This document shows, piece after piece, positions 41,064 through 56,492 of a stretch of 64,000 bases of DNA. Both the position numbers and the translations under genes were made by a program. Each line of letters starts with the position of its first letter. The first letter of the stretch is position 1. This DNA is from a bacterium (GTDB taxonomy: Bacteria; UBA8248), in assembly GCA_965213685.1 (NCBI GenBank), contig CBDBZY010000064.1, positions 672,001 to 736,000 of the forward strand, read 5' to 3'. The notes beneath the pieces were generated by a model, which was not told where the DNA came from, did not search any database, and saw only the letters and a list, made by a program, of their open reading frames with translations.

Positions 41064-41249
41064 TGGTGAATATATTTATCCATTAAGCTGCGCAAGGGTT
41101 ATGCACTTTCCAAGTGCTTTTCATTATATTATAAAGTAATAGGTGGCTATGAAACAAGCATATTTATGCAAAGGAATGAGCACGAGTACATAGAGTACAA
41201 CCAAAATGTTCAACTACATTATTCAGCAGTGTATTGTGGTACACCAGAC

Positions 41250-42751
41250 CTAATTAGCATGCTCTAGATGAAAAAGCATAAAACTATTTCTATTGTTATG
41301 GGATTTAGATGATTTTTCAACAAATAACTGGTATTGGGGGGGATTTCCTTGTGCAATTTCCTTAACACATAGCTTGTCATTCCCACATCGAATGAAGTAC
41401 CATCCATTCCCTGTCATCCAATTATCTGTGTCTACTGCCACTTTTTCTTCCTGGAGTGGATCTTTTAATGACATTCTTGTGTTTTTCTTAGTGATTTGTT
41501 GGGTGGCAATTTTTGGCCGATTTACAATTGCAATATAAGCACTGGCATTACCTTCATCAACTTTTCTTATTGCAAATTCATTTGCACATTCTTGTTCAAT
41601 AATAAACTTTGTTGCTTGTGTACTGTCAGTTGTTCCAACAATTCTTTCTTCTGTATCATGCTCCATTAGATATAGTGGATTTTCCTTTGAACGACACATA
41701 ATGCGATAGGTCCCAACAGCTGAAAATACAGAAACAAATACATGCATTGTAATTATCTTGTGACTTTCTACTAAGATACATGTGTTAGAAATGTGTATGA
41801 ATAAGACTGTCTTTTGTTGTAACTGTAGGGACACAATTATTGGAGATGACACAAGTACCAGTTATCAAAATTACATAGCTATCAACATACATACACTGAA
41901 TATTTCACTCACATTTCTTCAGCCTTCCCTCGCAGTACTGCTGCACAGCTTGCTGAAGGGCTCTGGCTAGGTCGGGTGTCTTCACCAGTCTGTCAATGGG
42001 CATGATTTCAATTCCAATCACCTCCTCCTTTGCCACCGAAAACCCATCAGCCAACTTCCCAATCACATCTATCTGCACATGTTTAGAAAACCTCATCACT
42101 GCATGTGTTAGTTCAATGTGCGCTGAAACTGATGATGCTGCAGGAACAGGAACTACAGCGCCAGCTTTCCCTCCAGCACTGAACAGACAGTTATATTCCT
42201 TTAAGCTTACCACTTGATACTTCATTGCTCCAAACATGAGAGCGGTGGAGTAATGCGTTATACCGTATTTGGTGATAAATTCTGTACACAAACCTACTAA
42301 GGTCTGCTGTCTCTGCTCGTTCTCTTCGATGCTGTCGAAATTTATTGCCCTACGAAGGTCACTCTCGAATGATGTGTGCTTTGCGTCGCCAGGAGTGACA
42401 TTGAAAGATATTGTACGAGTATGCACTCTTGTTCCTATTACTTGTTGCGAATAAGCGACCTCGTGAGAGAAGCCCTCATCCATAGGCCATACCGACTTTG
42501 ACGGCGGCGCTAAGAGCACCAGGCTGCGTGTTGGTATTGAAAATCATATCTTTCCTGTGTAGCACATCGTGACTGTAGTGGACCACAGTACCCGGCTCGC
42601 GCATCACCACGATATCATCCTGAGTAAAGCAGCGCCGAACTTGAAAAGAAGTTTTGTTTTTCCAAGGACTGTAGTTTGTGACGTCTAGTCCGAGACCAAG
42701 GCCGCGCTCCCTAGCAAGCTCAACGTAATTAATCTTGGGCTTCCCAGACAT
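41250..42751 (-). pseudogene. Type A2 MACPF/beta-trefoil copy, frameshifted
   Basis: Exon1 42751-41913, exon2 41719-41250; 7-nt insertion (aggccat) at ~42484-42490 splits exon 1 into ORFs 42476..42898 and 41905..42519. Confidence 0.85.
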
Positions 42752-42819
42752 ATTTGATGATTTGAGACACCGTTCCCTGACGTGGAGGATTCTCAACAGG
42801 TTGGCTCTAGCGGAGAGAC

Positions 42820-43600
42820 TAGTCTCGTGAACCAGACCGTCGGAAAATACGGTCTGGCCAAACTCGCCAGGTTTCGTTTCCGCTTGGAATGTTGTCACGT
42901 GTGAATAATTGGCAATAGGAACTTAACACTATACATATAAGCAACCGCAAGGGACCATGACTCCAGGAAGACTCCGCCATACACTGGCTACAGCAGCTCT
43001 ATCTGTTGCTCTAGTCTGTTCTTTTCGGCACACACAAACGTGGATAGAACTACAGCTAATGTCACTGCCGCCGAAAGCGGAGACACGATTAGTTGGTTGG
43101 GTGGCGTAGTATGCTGAGCTTTGTCTCCGAAGTACACGTAGCACGACGACGTCTAACAACTGACGATTCTCCCATGTTTTTCGCTGGATGAACAAGCCTA
43201 GAAAACTGTGTCCCCGAGTTTGCGGCTCCATCTTGTAATAGGGTAAGGGCTAGGCTAGGGACTACAGCATACGATCATGTGGCTGAGGAACGGCTACGGC
43301 TAGACTAGGGCTAGACTAGATACTGGTAGTCTCGTAGCTCGATAGCGAGCCATGGAGACTTCTCTGCCACCTCAGACACTTGCATACATATATGCCACAC
43401 TAAGATGTGCATGCTTTGAGGTTTTCGCGGAACGCGCATAGCGCCAATCAATGCAGATCTGAAATCTGATTGGTCACGACAAGATCTTGTCGTGGCCTCG
43501 AAAACCAGGCGAGTTTGGCCAGACCGTATTTTCCCTTCTTCCCCTCCCCCTTTCGCTCGCGCATGCGCGTTCACGGAATACGGTCTGGTTCACGAGACTA
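42820..43600. mobile_element. TAGTCTCG-terminal non-autonomous transposon with 9-bp TSD (AcademH-like) in the A2 promoter
   Basis: cggagagac|tagtctcgtgaaccagaccgt ... acggtctggttcacgagacta|cggagagac; empty sites at ~34145 and ~50685. Confidence 0.9.
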
Positions 43601-43709
43601 CGGAGAGACTACCCCCCGGGCCGATTCAACTGGTATAAAACCGCAAGAGTGACGTCATATTTCGTAGGATGCATGTTAGGCTCGGCCCCACCCAGTTGCT
43701 ACAACGCCT

Positions 43710-43817
<108 letters not shown>

Positions 43818-43895
43818 CTAAACTAAAACACTCACTGGGCTTTAACATCTGCCCTTACTGAGGCTAATCACTCAGTAAACATCTTAGCTTATTAA

Positions 43896-44471
43896 GGGAG
43901 GGCGAGTCATGATTGCGTTCTTCGTCAATTACTCTACCGTCGCTTTCCCCCTACATTTACCAACGCTAAAACGACAGCAGTTCTTTGGCGCGGTTGCAAA
44001 TTTGCTGGGAAAAAATTCATATTTCCCGCTACCGTTGGACGTGCGGCGCTGTGTGGCGCCAACCGGTGAAGAGGTGGATGCTCGCCAAAGGGGAGTGAAC
44101 TATAGTTTATGCGCAATGGGTTGCTCGAGGCTTGGCTTGCTACTTTACGGCAGAATTTGCTACCGTTTTTCTAAATTCTACAGCACGAAGAAAACGATTA
44201 TATGTGTAGAAAGAAAGATTTAGCATGGATTTTTAAAGCAAACTTAGATAGCCAACATGCTTAGTAATCATCCACCGAAGTTTCGTCTCTGCAACATTAG
44301 CCGTTATTGGCAAATTGTTTTTCTATAATTAGCGATATGCATATTGCGTAAATTTTATAATTCTATGAACCGACGTATTACGCAAAACTACGTTATTTCG
44401 CTAATAGGCATCATTAGGAGAATACAATAAAACATAAATCAGGCAAAATCATGTCTTAGGGTCGTCCTGCC
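43896..44471 (+). mobile_element. Kolobok-like non-autonomous element (GG..CC termini, TTAA TSD), copy K1
   Basis: ttaa|gggagggcgagtcatg ... gggtcgtcctgcc|ttaa; empty site cttattaatacttgc at ~50943. Confidence 0.85.
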
Positions 44472-45711
44472 TTAATACTTGCAATATTTGACTTCCACTA
44501 TTTCACCTTTCACGGTATGACATCTAGATTCAATAGGCCTATCAACATCTCCAGTTTCCAAGTCACCAGGAAAGGCCATGATTCATGTAGGGATGGTAAA
44601 ATTAATTTCCTAGGTGACTTCTGGATTGAAGTACGTTTATTCAGAAAGATAACCTCACATGTAGACTAGATCTGGATTTGCCATATGATTCACATACATG
44701 TGAACTGTTGGCATAAATTGAGTGCAGTGCATACACATGTGGTCACTGGTATCCCTATCACCAGAGACTCTGCAACTTACTCTCAACTATGGTAAGGAAA
44801 CATCTCAATACAAAGCTGTGACAGCAGCTGCTCTGTGAAAAGAAGGCGGTGTAGGTGAAGGAAGAGATATATGGAAGGTTTGGGGAAGGAATGTGTCACC
44901 TCCACAGTGTAATACTAGAATGGAGGAAACTGTCAGCTGTAGTGCTCCGAAACTACTCTCTTCCTCACCCTTATGTAAACCATAAACCTAATCAGCTAAT
45001 CCAGCATTGTACACTGGAGGAAAGACTAATAGCCATGATAAGGCAAAACACCATTTCTTTCCTCAGAAACTATAGCTTTGTCACATGAGTATTCCTATTC
45101 ATGCTAGGTTTAATATTATGATGTCAGCAAAGTTGTGTTAAAGAGCATAGTCAGTCTTTGGAGCAGTAACTCAGAATGCCACCAAAGTATATAACACTCT
45201 CATGAACCATCAGCACACCTAGCATCATGGGCAGAACATTCAGACTATTATACACACACATTCTGTAATCCACATGAAATGTGCAAGGTGTGCATACCTC
45301 CAAATAGAGGTTGTCTATTGATCACCACTGTGTCCTCCATGCACATAGGATTGGCTGTGGCTTACATGTTGGCATACAAGGTTTCCAAGAGATCCTATGA
45401 TAACCCAAGCCATACATCTTGGCAATTACCCTTTCCATACATGTCACTGCTATATCTTTGAGGAAACACATTCCTGACCTCATGCATAGAGTGGTACATG
45501 AGCATATGTACCATTCCTCCTCATTTTTGCTGCCATTCTACTGTACACATGAGCAAAAAAGCAGCCATGTTTTCTCTCAATCTCTCTTGTTGATTGCATT
45601 GCCCATGCTGGAATTAAGAACCATTATCATCTGTCTTATCCTGAAAATATTTACAGTCACATGGTGGAGTATGGAGTACTACAGTTGTTTTTCTTTACCT
45701 AAATAGGGTCA

Positions 45712-46459
45712 TCTTTCGAAGTTCGATGCAATGTCACCGCTGATGATATTTCGGTAATATGTGGGCCATGTAAAGTGAACCACTATAGCCACTTAGTTGT
45801 TAATAGCAAAGACCTGATTTTTAATGCCGACGCACGTGCATTCATGAAGCCGTCAAAGTCGGTTGGGATGCTGGTTTTTCTCGCAAGCTTACACATTCGC
45901 AGCTTACCCATTCGCAGCGAGTCATCGGAACAAGAGTGCACACTCGTACAGTGTCCTTTAAAATCATTCCTGGAGATACAACCGAAACATCGTTTGAAAG
46001 TGAACTTCGTAAGGAAATGAAATTCGATAACATTAAAGAAGACGTCCAATACATGCAGACGCTAAAGGAAGAGTGCGAAAGTTTTGTATGGAGATACGCC
46101 ATCACACATTACTCAACGGCTATTATGCTAGGGGCAATAAAATACCAAGTTGTGAGTTTAAATCAACAAACTAGTCGCTTTCGGTTAGGACTGAACGCTA
46201 CTGCAACAACTGTAGCACTCGCTCCTGCAGCTCCAACAGCGGCAGCACAGGTGGAGTAACTCTGTACCTCAACAAAGTTTTCAAAGTTTTCAAAGGATGT
46301 GCAGTTGGAAGAAATTGGTAAATTGGCAAATGATTTTTCAGTGACAAAGGAAGAAGTGTTGAAATCGCACCTATTGACAGACTGGTGAAAACACCAAAGT
46401 TATAGCAAATGCCCTTCTGCAAGCTGTACAGACATGCTGCAGGGAAAAGCTGCATAAGT
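45712..46459 (+). pseudogene. Type B2 MACPF paralog: 5'-deleted, frameshifted, premature stop
   Basis: Begins mid-exon (tcgaagttcgatgcaatgtcacc), shares the B1 7-nt deletion, has local duplications (~45887-45915, ~46273-46292) and TAA at 46257-46259. Confidence 0.85.
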
Positions 46460-46838
46460 GTAGGTTTAATATCTTTCCCTGATGCGTGTTACACAACAAA
46501 AATGTTTGCACCTCAGCTGTCTGTTTTTTAAAGTGGATGATCTCATGCTTTACAATCACTACATTATTAATTCTTTCTTGATTGCATTGAGACATGTTCA
46601 TAGATAGTATAGACACGTAACAGTTGTGTCTATGGCGTATTCTCTTCCACATGACATTTATTGAACATGACAGTGGTTACTGTCATGCAACAGTGGGACT
46701 CTGCACTGGTATATATGCAAACTATTTGCATTTTTTAAAAACACATGAAATGCTGTATCATGTAAATAAGTCCAGCAGCACAACATGCATGCAGCCTTTG
46801 TTCTGTTACATGACCAGTGAAGAAGCAAGTGACATGAA

Positions 46839-47320
46839 TACGCTTGTCCCAATTATGCTCAAAATATTGCCTATTATTCTATTCTTTTATGCTCAAAAAC
46901 CCTACCTATTATTCCATAATGCATGTCGATTATTCTTTAATCACTTACCAATTATTCCAATGTTTAAATGATTTTTGACGAGAACATGATGCAACAAAAC
47001 ACTTACGAGAACATTACACAAATTGGTATAATATCACAGAGGTTTCTATATAATGTTTCAATGCAAGCTCTTGTTGATCTGAGAGAGTTCGATAAAATGG
47101 CGTTCAACAGCAGCTGATGAAGGCTGCAACAGGAGCATGTCTTTGCATGTTTTTAATCACCTAGGAAGGTTTTCCTCATTCCTCTTCCACCAAATTACGA
47201 GCCCCGCCTCCAAAATTTGAGAAAACCTACCTATTATTCCAGCATTATTCTCTATGCTAATTCTACTTGAAACTGTCCCTATTATTCTAAAATTATGCTA
47301 GCATAATTGGGACAAGCCTA
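46839..47320. mobile_element. hAT-like MITE with 8-bp TSD
   Basis: gacatgaa|tacgcttgtcccaattatgct ... agcataattgggacaagccta|gagatgaa; empty site at ~38628. Confidence 0.85.
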
Positions 47321-48044
47321 GAGATGAATATCTTTTCAGACCTGCTATATACTCAGCATGTGAACACTCATATCACAAGGTTGCTATAGCAAATGGCACA
47401 TTGATGGCAGCCATGAATGGTCATCAACCTCGCAAGAAGTGATAAGGGGGTCCTTACCTATGGCAATAGAATATGTCATGAAGGACATTTTGCTGCCTGT
47501 TTGTCACACATTACAATCAAATCCCCCTGTTGAGTTAGGGATGTTTACTACAGCCACGCAGACACATACGTACCACTGCAAATGAAATACATGGTGGTGG
47601 TTATAGTTGAACATCTCCACTACTACATTATTCAAGTGGTACACGTACATGTATAATATTATAGCTGTACATGTGAGCTAGTTGGTAAGCTACTTAGAAA
47701 CTTCAGCCGTGTGTGTGTCTCCTGTGCCTCAATGGCTCAACTGCCTATATATGCTGTTCCTACTCCTGAAATGCATGAGGGTATCGATGTCATTGGAGTG
47801 ATTAGACAGGAGTGATACATGGCCATCAGGCAGGAAGTATGCATGAAAATATTCCCTGATGATGGTAGCTGAATAGCTTCTGAAATGTTTGCAAAAACTT
47901 TTCAGATCTTTCACTAGAGTATATAGTTTTCAAGATTCTTACAATACTGTCTTAGAAATTAAGTTGTCAAATACAACAATGCAGTGTTGCAAAATTGTAG
48001 CCAAGTACATTTCCTCCTGCCCTCACCATCTTATAAGTATAATA

Positions 48045-49001
<957 letters not shown>

Positions 49002-49129
49002 CATTATATTATAAAATAATAGGTGGCTATGAAACAAGCATATATATGCAAAGGAATGAGCTCGAGTACATAGAGTACAACCAAAATGTTCAACTAGATT
49101 ATTCAGCAGTGCATTGTGGTACACCAGAC

Positions 49130-50625
49130 CTAATTAGCATGCTCTAGATGAAAAAGCATAAAACTATTTGTATTGTTATGGGATTTAGATGATTTTTCAA
49201 CAAATAACTGGTATTGAGGGGGACTCCCTTGTGCAATTTCTTTAACACATAGCTTGCCATTTCCACATCGAATGAAGTACCATCCATTCCCTATCATCCA
49301 ATTATCTGTGTCTACTGCCACTTTTTCTTCCTGGAGTGGATCTTTTAATGACATTCTTGTGTTTTTCTTAGTGATTTGTTGGGTGGTAATTTTTGGCTGA
49401 TTTACAATTGTAATATAAGCACTGGCATTACCTTCATCAACTTTTCTTATTGCAAATTCATTTGCACATTCTTGTTCAATAATAAACTTTGTTGCTTGTG
49501 TACAGTCAGTTGTTCCAACAATTCTTTCTTCTGTATCATGCTCCATTAGATATAGTGGATTTTCCTTTGAACGACACACAATGCGATAGGTCCCAACAGC
49601 TGAAAAATACAGAAACAAATACATGCATTGTAATTATCTGGTGACTTTCTACTAAGATACATGTGTTAGAAATGTGTATGATTAAGACTGTTCTTTGTGG
49701 TAACTGTAGGGACACAATTATTGGAGATGACACAAGTACCAGTTATCAAAATTACATAGCTATCAACATACATACACTGAATATTTCACTCACATTTCTT
49801 CAGCCTTTCCTCGCAGTACTGCTGCACAGCTTGCTGAAGTGCTCTTGCTAGGTCGGGTGTCTTCACCAGTCTGTCAATGGGCATGATTTCAATTCCAATC
49901 ACCTCCTCCTTTGCCACCGAAAACCCATCAACCAACTTCCCAATCACATCTATCTGCACATGTTTAGAAAACCGCATCATTGCATGTGTTTGTTCAATGT
50001 GCGCTGAAACTGATGATGCTGCAGGAACAGGAACTGCAGCGCCAGCTTTCCCTCCAGCACTGAACAGACAGTTATATTCCTTTAAGCTTACCACTTGATA
50101 CTTCATTGCTCCAAACATGAGAGCGGTGGAGTAATGCGTTATACCATATTTGGTGATAAATTCTGTGCACAAACCTACTAAGGTCTGCTGTCTCTGCTCG
50201 TTCTCTTCGATGTTGGCAAAATCTATTGCCTTGCGAAGGTCACTCTCGAATGATGTGTGCTTTGCGTCGCCAGGAGTGACATTGAAAGATATTGTACGAG
50301 TATGCACTCTTGTTCCTATTACTTGTTGCGAGTAAGCGACCTCGTGAGAGAAGCCCTCATCCATACCGACTTTGACGGCGGCGCTGAGAGCACCAGGCTG
50401 CGTGTTGGTATTGAAAATCATATCTTTCCTGTGTAGCACATCGTGACTGTAGTGGACCACAGTACCCGGCTCGCGCATCACCACGATATCATCCTGAGTA
50501 AAGCAGCGCCGAACTTGAAAAGAAGTTTTGTTTTTCCAAGGACTGTAGTTTGTGACGTCTAGTCCGAGACCAAGGCCGCGCTCCCTAGCAAGCTCAACGT
50601 AATTAATCTTGGGCTTCCCAGACAT
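49130..50625 (-). CDS. Type A3 MACPF-domain protein with C-terminal putative beta-trefoil domain, 2 exons, ~433 aa, intact
   Basis: Exon1 50625-49794, exon2 49599-49130, same splice sites as A1; open frame through both exons. Confidence 0.8.
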
Positions 50626-50793
50626 ATTTGATGATTTGAGACGCCGTTCCCTGACGTGGAGGATTCTCAACAGGTTGGCTCTAGCAGAGAGACTACTCCC
50701 CGGACCGATTCAACTGGTATAAAACCGCAAGAGTGACGTCATATTTCGTAGGATGCATGTTAGGCTCGGCCCCACCCAGTTGCTACAACGCCT

Positions 50794-50871
<78 letters not shown>

Positions 50872-53800
50872 CTAAACTAAAACACTCACTGGGCTAATAA
50901 CATCTGCCCTTACTGAGGCTAATCAGTCAGTAAACATCTTAGCTTATTAATACTTGCAATATTTGACTTCCACTATTTCACCTTTCACAGTTTGAGATCT
51001 AGATTCAATAGGCCTATCAACATCTCCAGTTTCCAAGTCACCAGGAAAGGCCATGATTCATGTAGGGATGGTAAAATTAATTTCCTAGATGACTTCTGGA
51101 TTGAAGTACGTTTATTCAGAAAGATAACCTCACATGTAGACTAGATCTGGATTTGCCATATGATTCACATACATGTGAACTGTTGGCATAAATTGAGTGC
51201 AGCCAGTGCATACACATGTGGTCACTGGTATCCCTATCACCAGAGACTCTGCAACTTACTCTCAACTGTGGTAAGGAAACATCTCAATACAAAGCTGTGA
51301 CAGCAGCTGCTCTGTGAAAAGAAGGCAGTGTAGGTGAAGGAAGAGATATATGGGAGGTTTGGGGAAGGAATGTGTCACCTCCACAGTGTAATACTAGAAT
51401 GGAGGAAACTGTCAGCTGTAGTGCTCCAAAACTACTCTCTTCCTCACCCTTATGTAAACCATAAACCTAATCAGCTAATCCAGCATTGTACACTGGAGGA
51501 AAGACTAATAGCCATAATAAGGCAAAATACCATTTCTTTCCTCAGAAACTATAGCTTTGTCACATGAGTATTCCTATTCATGCTAGGTATAATATTATGA
51601 TGTCAGCAAAGTTGTGTTAAAGAGCATGATCAGTCTTTGGAGCAGTAACTCAGTATGCCACCAAAGTAACACTCTCATGAACCATCAGCACACCTAGCAC
51701 CATGGGCAGAACATTCAGATTATTATACACACACATTCTGTAATCCACATGAAATGTGCAAGGTGTGCATATCTCCAAATAGAGGTTGTCTATTGATCAC
51801 CACTGTTTCCTCCATGCATGTAGGATTGGCTGTGGTTTACATGTCAGCATACAAGGTTTCCAAGAGATCCTATGATAACCCAAACCATACATCTTGGCAA
51901 TTACCCTTTCCTCCATGTCACTGCTATATCTTTGAGGAAACACATTCCTGACCTCATGCATAGAGTGGTACATGAGCATATGTACCATTCCTCCTCATTT
52001 TCTGTCTCATTCTACTGTACACATGAGCAAAACAGCAGCCATTTTTTCTCTCAATCTCTCTTGTTGATTGCATTGCCCATGCTGGAATTAAGAACCCATT
52101 ATCATCTGTCTCCACTACAGCATTATAATTATCCCAATAATATTTACAGTCACATGGTGGAGTATGGAGTACTACAGTTGCCATGCAGTCAATTAACACA
52201 CATTGTTCTCTTCTTCTGTGAAATTCAATGTAGAATGTTGACATTGCAATGGCAATGCCATTCGTAAAGGGTTCTTAGCTGGTTGGCAATAGTGGAGAGA
52301 CTACTTCTAGTGGACCAATTCGACTGTTAATGTATAACCACAACAGTGACATCAAATGTCATGCTCAAAGGGCACATGTGCAACCACTACACAGATACAC
52401 AATGTTTTACATACAGAATGGCTGGTTGCCAAGAGTATGGCTGAGTGCCACAGCCCATGCTATGTAGATTTTCTTTATCACTCTCAATTGTGGCAAAGAA
52501 ACATTCAATACAAAAGTAACTCAACATGACAGCAGCTGCTCCGTCAAAACAAGTCAGTGTACAAGCACAAAAGGTTCATGGGGAAAGAATATGCATCCTC
52601 CACAGTGTACTACAATGAAGTTAAGTACTCTAAACTGCTGATATGTGGGGAATAATTAATTCGCCGCGTATTACGTCTGCTCGCGAGACTACGCACATAT
52701 GGCATTACGACATAACTCTGAGGCATTAACCTTTCCTCCAATTCATTATTACATATCAGAGGTAATAGATTCCCAAACTTATGCAGTCCACATGAGTATG
52801 TCCCTTTTCTCCTCATTTAATTACATGCATGTAACATCTCTGCATCTACACATATTATGTGAAACAAAGCAGCTACTTTGATTTGTGTATATGAGTATGT
52901 CTCAGTTGTAGTGTCTGTGCTACAGCTAAGAGCCCATCATTTCCTACCTCCACTCCACTCCAGGTACTGTTCGGAATACTGGTAGCTAAACAGAATAAGC
53001 AATGTACCTATTCTGAACCCTATATAACCATAAAATTTATATAGCTAGCACAGCAAAAATGAAATTGTTAGTTGAAATTGTTCTTTAACAAAGACCTTCA
53101 TCATGTGAGTTGCACTTGTGTATCCATGTCCATAGTTTGCTATTTCCTTGTCATGAGACCTACAACCATTATGTATAGTACAAGTTGCATGGCAGCAAGT
53201 TGAACAATACTGTATTTGCTGTGAGTCACAAGGTGGAGTAGTAGTACTACAGTTACTAGTCACACACAAAGTTCCCTTGTTACTAACTATTCCCCAAGAA
53301 ATGTTGACAGGAAGAGACATAGAGGAGGTTTGTACATGTTGAGAGCTATAAACTTGTTTAAAATAGTAAGCCTTGCTTTAGATTCATAAATTCATACACT
53401 TGAAGCAAGTAGCGTTATTTCATTTTGGCTCAAATGAAGGAAGCGTGAGGTGCCACCCCAACTACATGTAAAGCACACTTAGCCTCACGTAATTCATTAG
53501 GCTTTGGACGCATCACGTGAGTGTGTTGAAGAGCATTGTCAGAATCCTTTGGAAGGTTCCACACATCCAACAGCATGGGCAGAGATAATCACCAATAAGA
53601 AAGTCACTCTGTAATCTGCATAACATACAGGCAATCACCTCACTAGCATAAACCTTTACTCATATAGGCACTGAACATGGCAAGAATGTACTTCCACAAG
53701 CATAAGATGGGTGACCTGACTTATGCACCAGTTTCTTCATCCTCTAAACCAGAAGCCCTATTTCATCCAGCTAGAGTCTCAAAAGAAACCAGCCAGTGAC

Positions 53801-55411
53801 AGTATACCCATTCTGCATTATCCAATGAAGATGTAGGGATGGTAGTGCCAAAATCCACAGAAACTAGGTTTAGGGATGACTGTGTGCAGGCAAGAAAACA
53901 CATACAAAGCTACACCAACTGCTGTACTCCTTATGGTATGTACCTACACATACACAGACGCAAGAGGTGAGATTATGACCTCCAAGTACACCTGAGAGCA
54001 TTGATGACAAGCTGGTTAGCTATTACAGAGCAAAATAGAGATGGTTATTTCAACCAGAGTATGGTTGCAAGTAATTAGCTCAATTCCACCAACTACTTTC
54101 ACACTGTTCTCAGTTATATTTTATAACATGATGGGTAAACAGCATGCCTTTCATGTACAATCAATGCTGTGGTCATGCATGATCAGTGTTACTCATGCCC
54201 AGTGAAATGATGAGTGCCACCTAAACACATGCAAATGTGTACTGTGAGGATGAGGGTAGAAAGAAAAACAGCAATAATACATACCCTCACTTACATCAAA
54301 TGCTTTTCCCAGCACTCACTGACAGTTTATTAGCAATGTGTTAGGAGGCAATGGGCTCTTGGAGGAATTTTGAAGCCATGGACGTATGTACATTTCTACC
54401 ATAAAATTCTGCATGTATGCAAACACAAGCCATATCAACTCCTCAGTGGAGGTATCACAAGCCACAAATGGAGGAAACAGTAATGATCACTATACTGTTT
54501 TCTCCATATATGACTTGTAGTTTCCTCCATTGGGGATTAGATGTGCATGGCTTGTACTTGCATGGTTGCTCTATGGTATTAAGAAGAGAGATGCCATAAC
54601 ACTCTTTAAAGAATACCTTTTCCTCCAATTCATATTACATATCAGAGGTATGAGATTCCCAAACTCATGCAGTCCAGAATAATACCACATGAGTATGCCC
54701 CTTTCCTCCTCATTTAATTGAAACAAAGCAGCTACTTTAATTTATGTGTATGGATATTTCTCATGCAGTTGTAGTGTCTGTGCTGCAACTAAGAGCCCAT
54801 GTTTGCCTGCCTTCACTACTACTCCATGGAGGTGGTACAATTTGGAACACCAGTACAGCTAAACACTGCAAAAAAGAGATGGTTATTCTAACCTTGCTAA
54901 GGTTGTCTCAGTTGCAGCTGAATGACATCATGTCACCCCACACTGAATTCTTATTTCTCCTCCTATACTCTTGAGACTGAAGGCATGTGGGCAATGTGTA
55001 GTGTGTCTCCAAAATAAGTTGAGTAATTGTGTGCTATGACAGGAATTTGACAGGGGATGCATAAACAGCCCATGATGGGTGGTCAATTCCCCTGTCATTT
55101 ACTCTACAGCTCAATCCCCCACAACTACTTGGAGACACCCTACACATTGTTCGACTGTGATATGTGTTGAAGTTACTATCAGGTCTGTGTTTGGTGGACT
55201 CGGAAGTTAAGAAGGCGTGCTCAACACAGGCTGAAACGAACCAGAGACATCTACATGTACTCTGCATCACGTGCATATCACAGTGCACTAGTCTATATCA
55301 TATCATAGCACCTGCATTGGAAAAGGTTTTACTGATACATGTAACTGTGTGCTAAGGTGGCTTTCATGTCAACACTCTTGCTGAAAGCAGCAAAAAAAAA
55401 AGGGAGAGGAG

Positions 55412-55989
55412 ACAAGTAAATTAAAAAAATTGAAATTTTGAAGGGTATATAGGGATTGCATAAAAAGGAATGGAGACAAGACCTGGATGTAGAGTACATG
55501 CTATTATTGTAACTAGTTGTCATGGGAACGATGATGAAGCATGGAGTACCTCAGGCCTGATTATGCAACACAAGCCGTATATTGTTGAACAGCCACCAAC
55601 GTGTCCCTTCAAAAGCTACTATCACTGCAAAGTATGCAAGTTGGTGTAGGAGTGCAAAGCTACAAGACAGATGACAGGGATAGGGAGTATAATTATAGTT
55701 TATTTAAATGTGCCAATGGTACATGTACCACATTGGTCTGGGGTGGTCCCTTCGTGGTCAGTGATGGTCCTTCATTGATCGAGTCATGTGATTTCTGTGT
55801 GTGAAACTCAGCTCAACAATATAGCGGCTTGTGTTGCATAATCAGGCCTGAGGTACTCCATGCTTCATCATCGTTCCCATGACAACTAGTAACAATAATA
55901 GCATGTACTCTACATCCAGGTCTTGTCTCCATTCCTTTTTATGCAATCCCTATATACCCTTCAAAATTTCAATTTTTTAATTTACTTGT
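55412..55989. repeat. Long near-perfect inverted repeat (~177-bp arms, ~225-bp spacer)
   Basis: 55412-55588 is the reverse complement of 55813-55989. Confidence 0.9.
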
Positions 55990-56492
55990 AATACTACAAA
56001 CCTTGTCATGGGACCTACAACCATATAATGTTTAGCTACATGTGATAAAATATGCATGGCAGCAAGTTGAACAATACTGTATTTGCTGTGAGTCACAAGG
56101 TGGAGTAGTAGTACTATAGTTACTAGTCACACACAAAATTCCCTTTCTACTGACTATTCCCCAAGAGATGTACAGGAGGCTTGTACATGTTAAAGTGCAT
56201 TGCAGCTATTAACCTGTCTAACTAGTAAGCCTTGCCTTAGAATCATAAATTCGAAGCAAGCAGCGTTATTTCATCTGGAAGCGCGAGGCGCCACCCCAAT
56301 TAATGCGCCCTTAGCCTCGTGTAATTTATATTCCCGTGAAGTAGGTGTGGTCTGATCTCAATAATTATAAGAGCAGATTCACCTTCGCCACAAACTCCAG
56401 ATCAAAATTTTCGCAGTTGAATTGAAACAAGATAGAGCCATTCGCTTCGTTCTATCGTGCGGCTACCCAGCTGGTAACTCTCCATATCAGAC

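Noticed and set aside
43909-44223. Recurrent ORF MIAFFVNYSTVAF (also 57459, 59547)
   Set aside because: Lies in the non-autonomous TTAA element and the frame differs between copies; no transposase motifs.
43896-44471. piggyBac classification of the TTAA element
   Set aside because: Termini are GG..CC rather than CC..GG, which fits Kolobok better.
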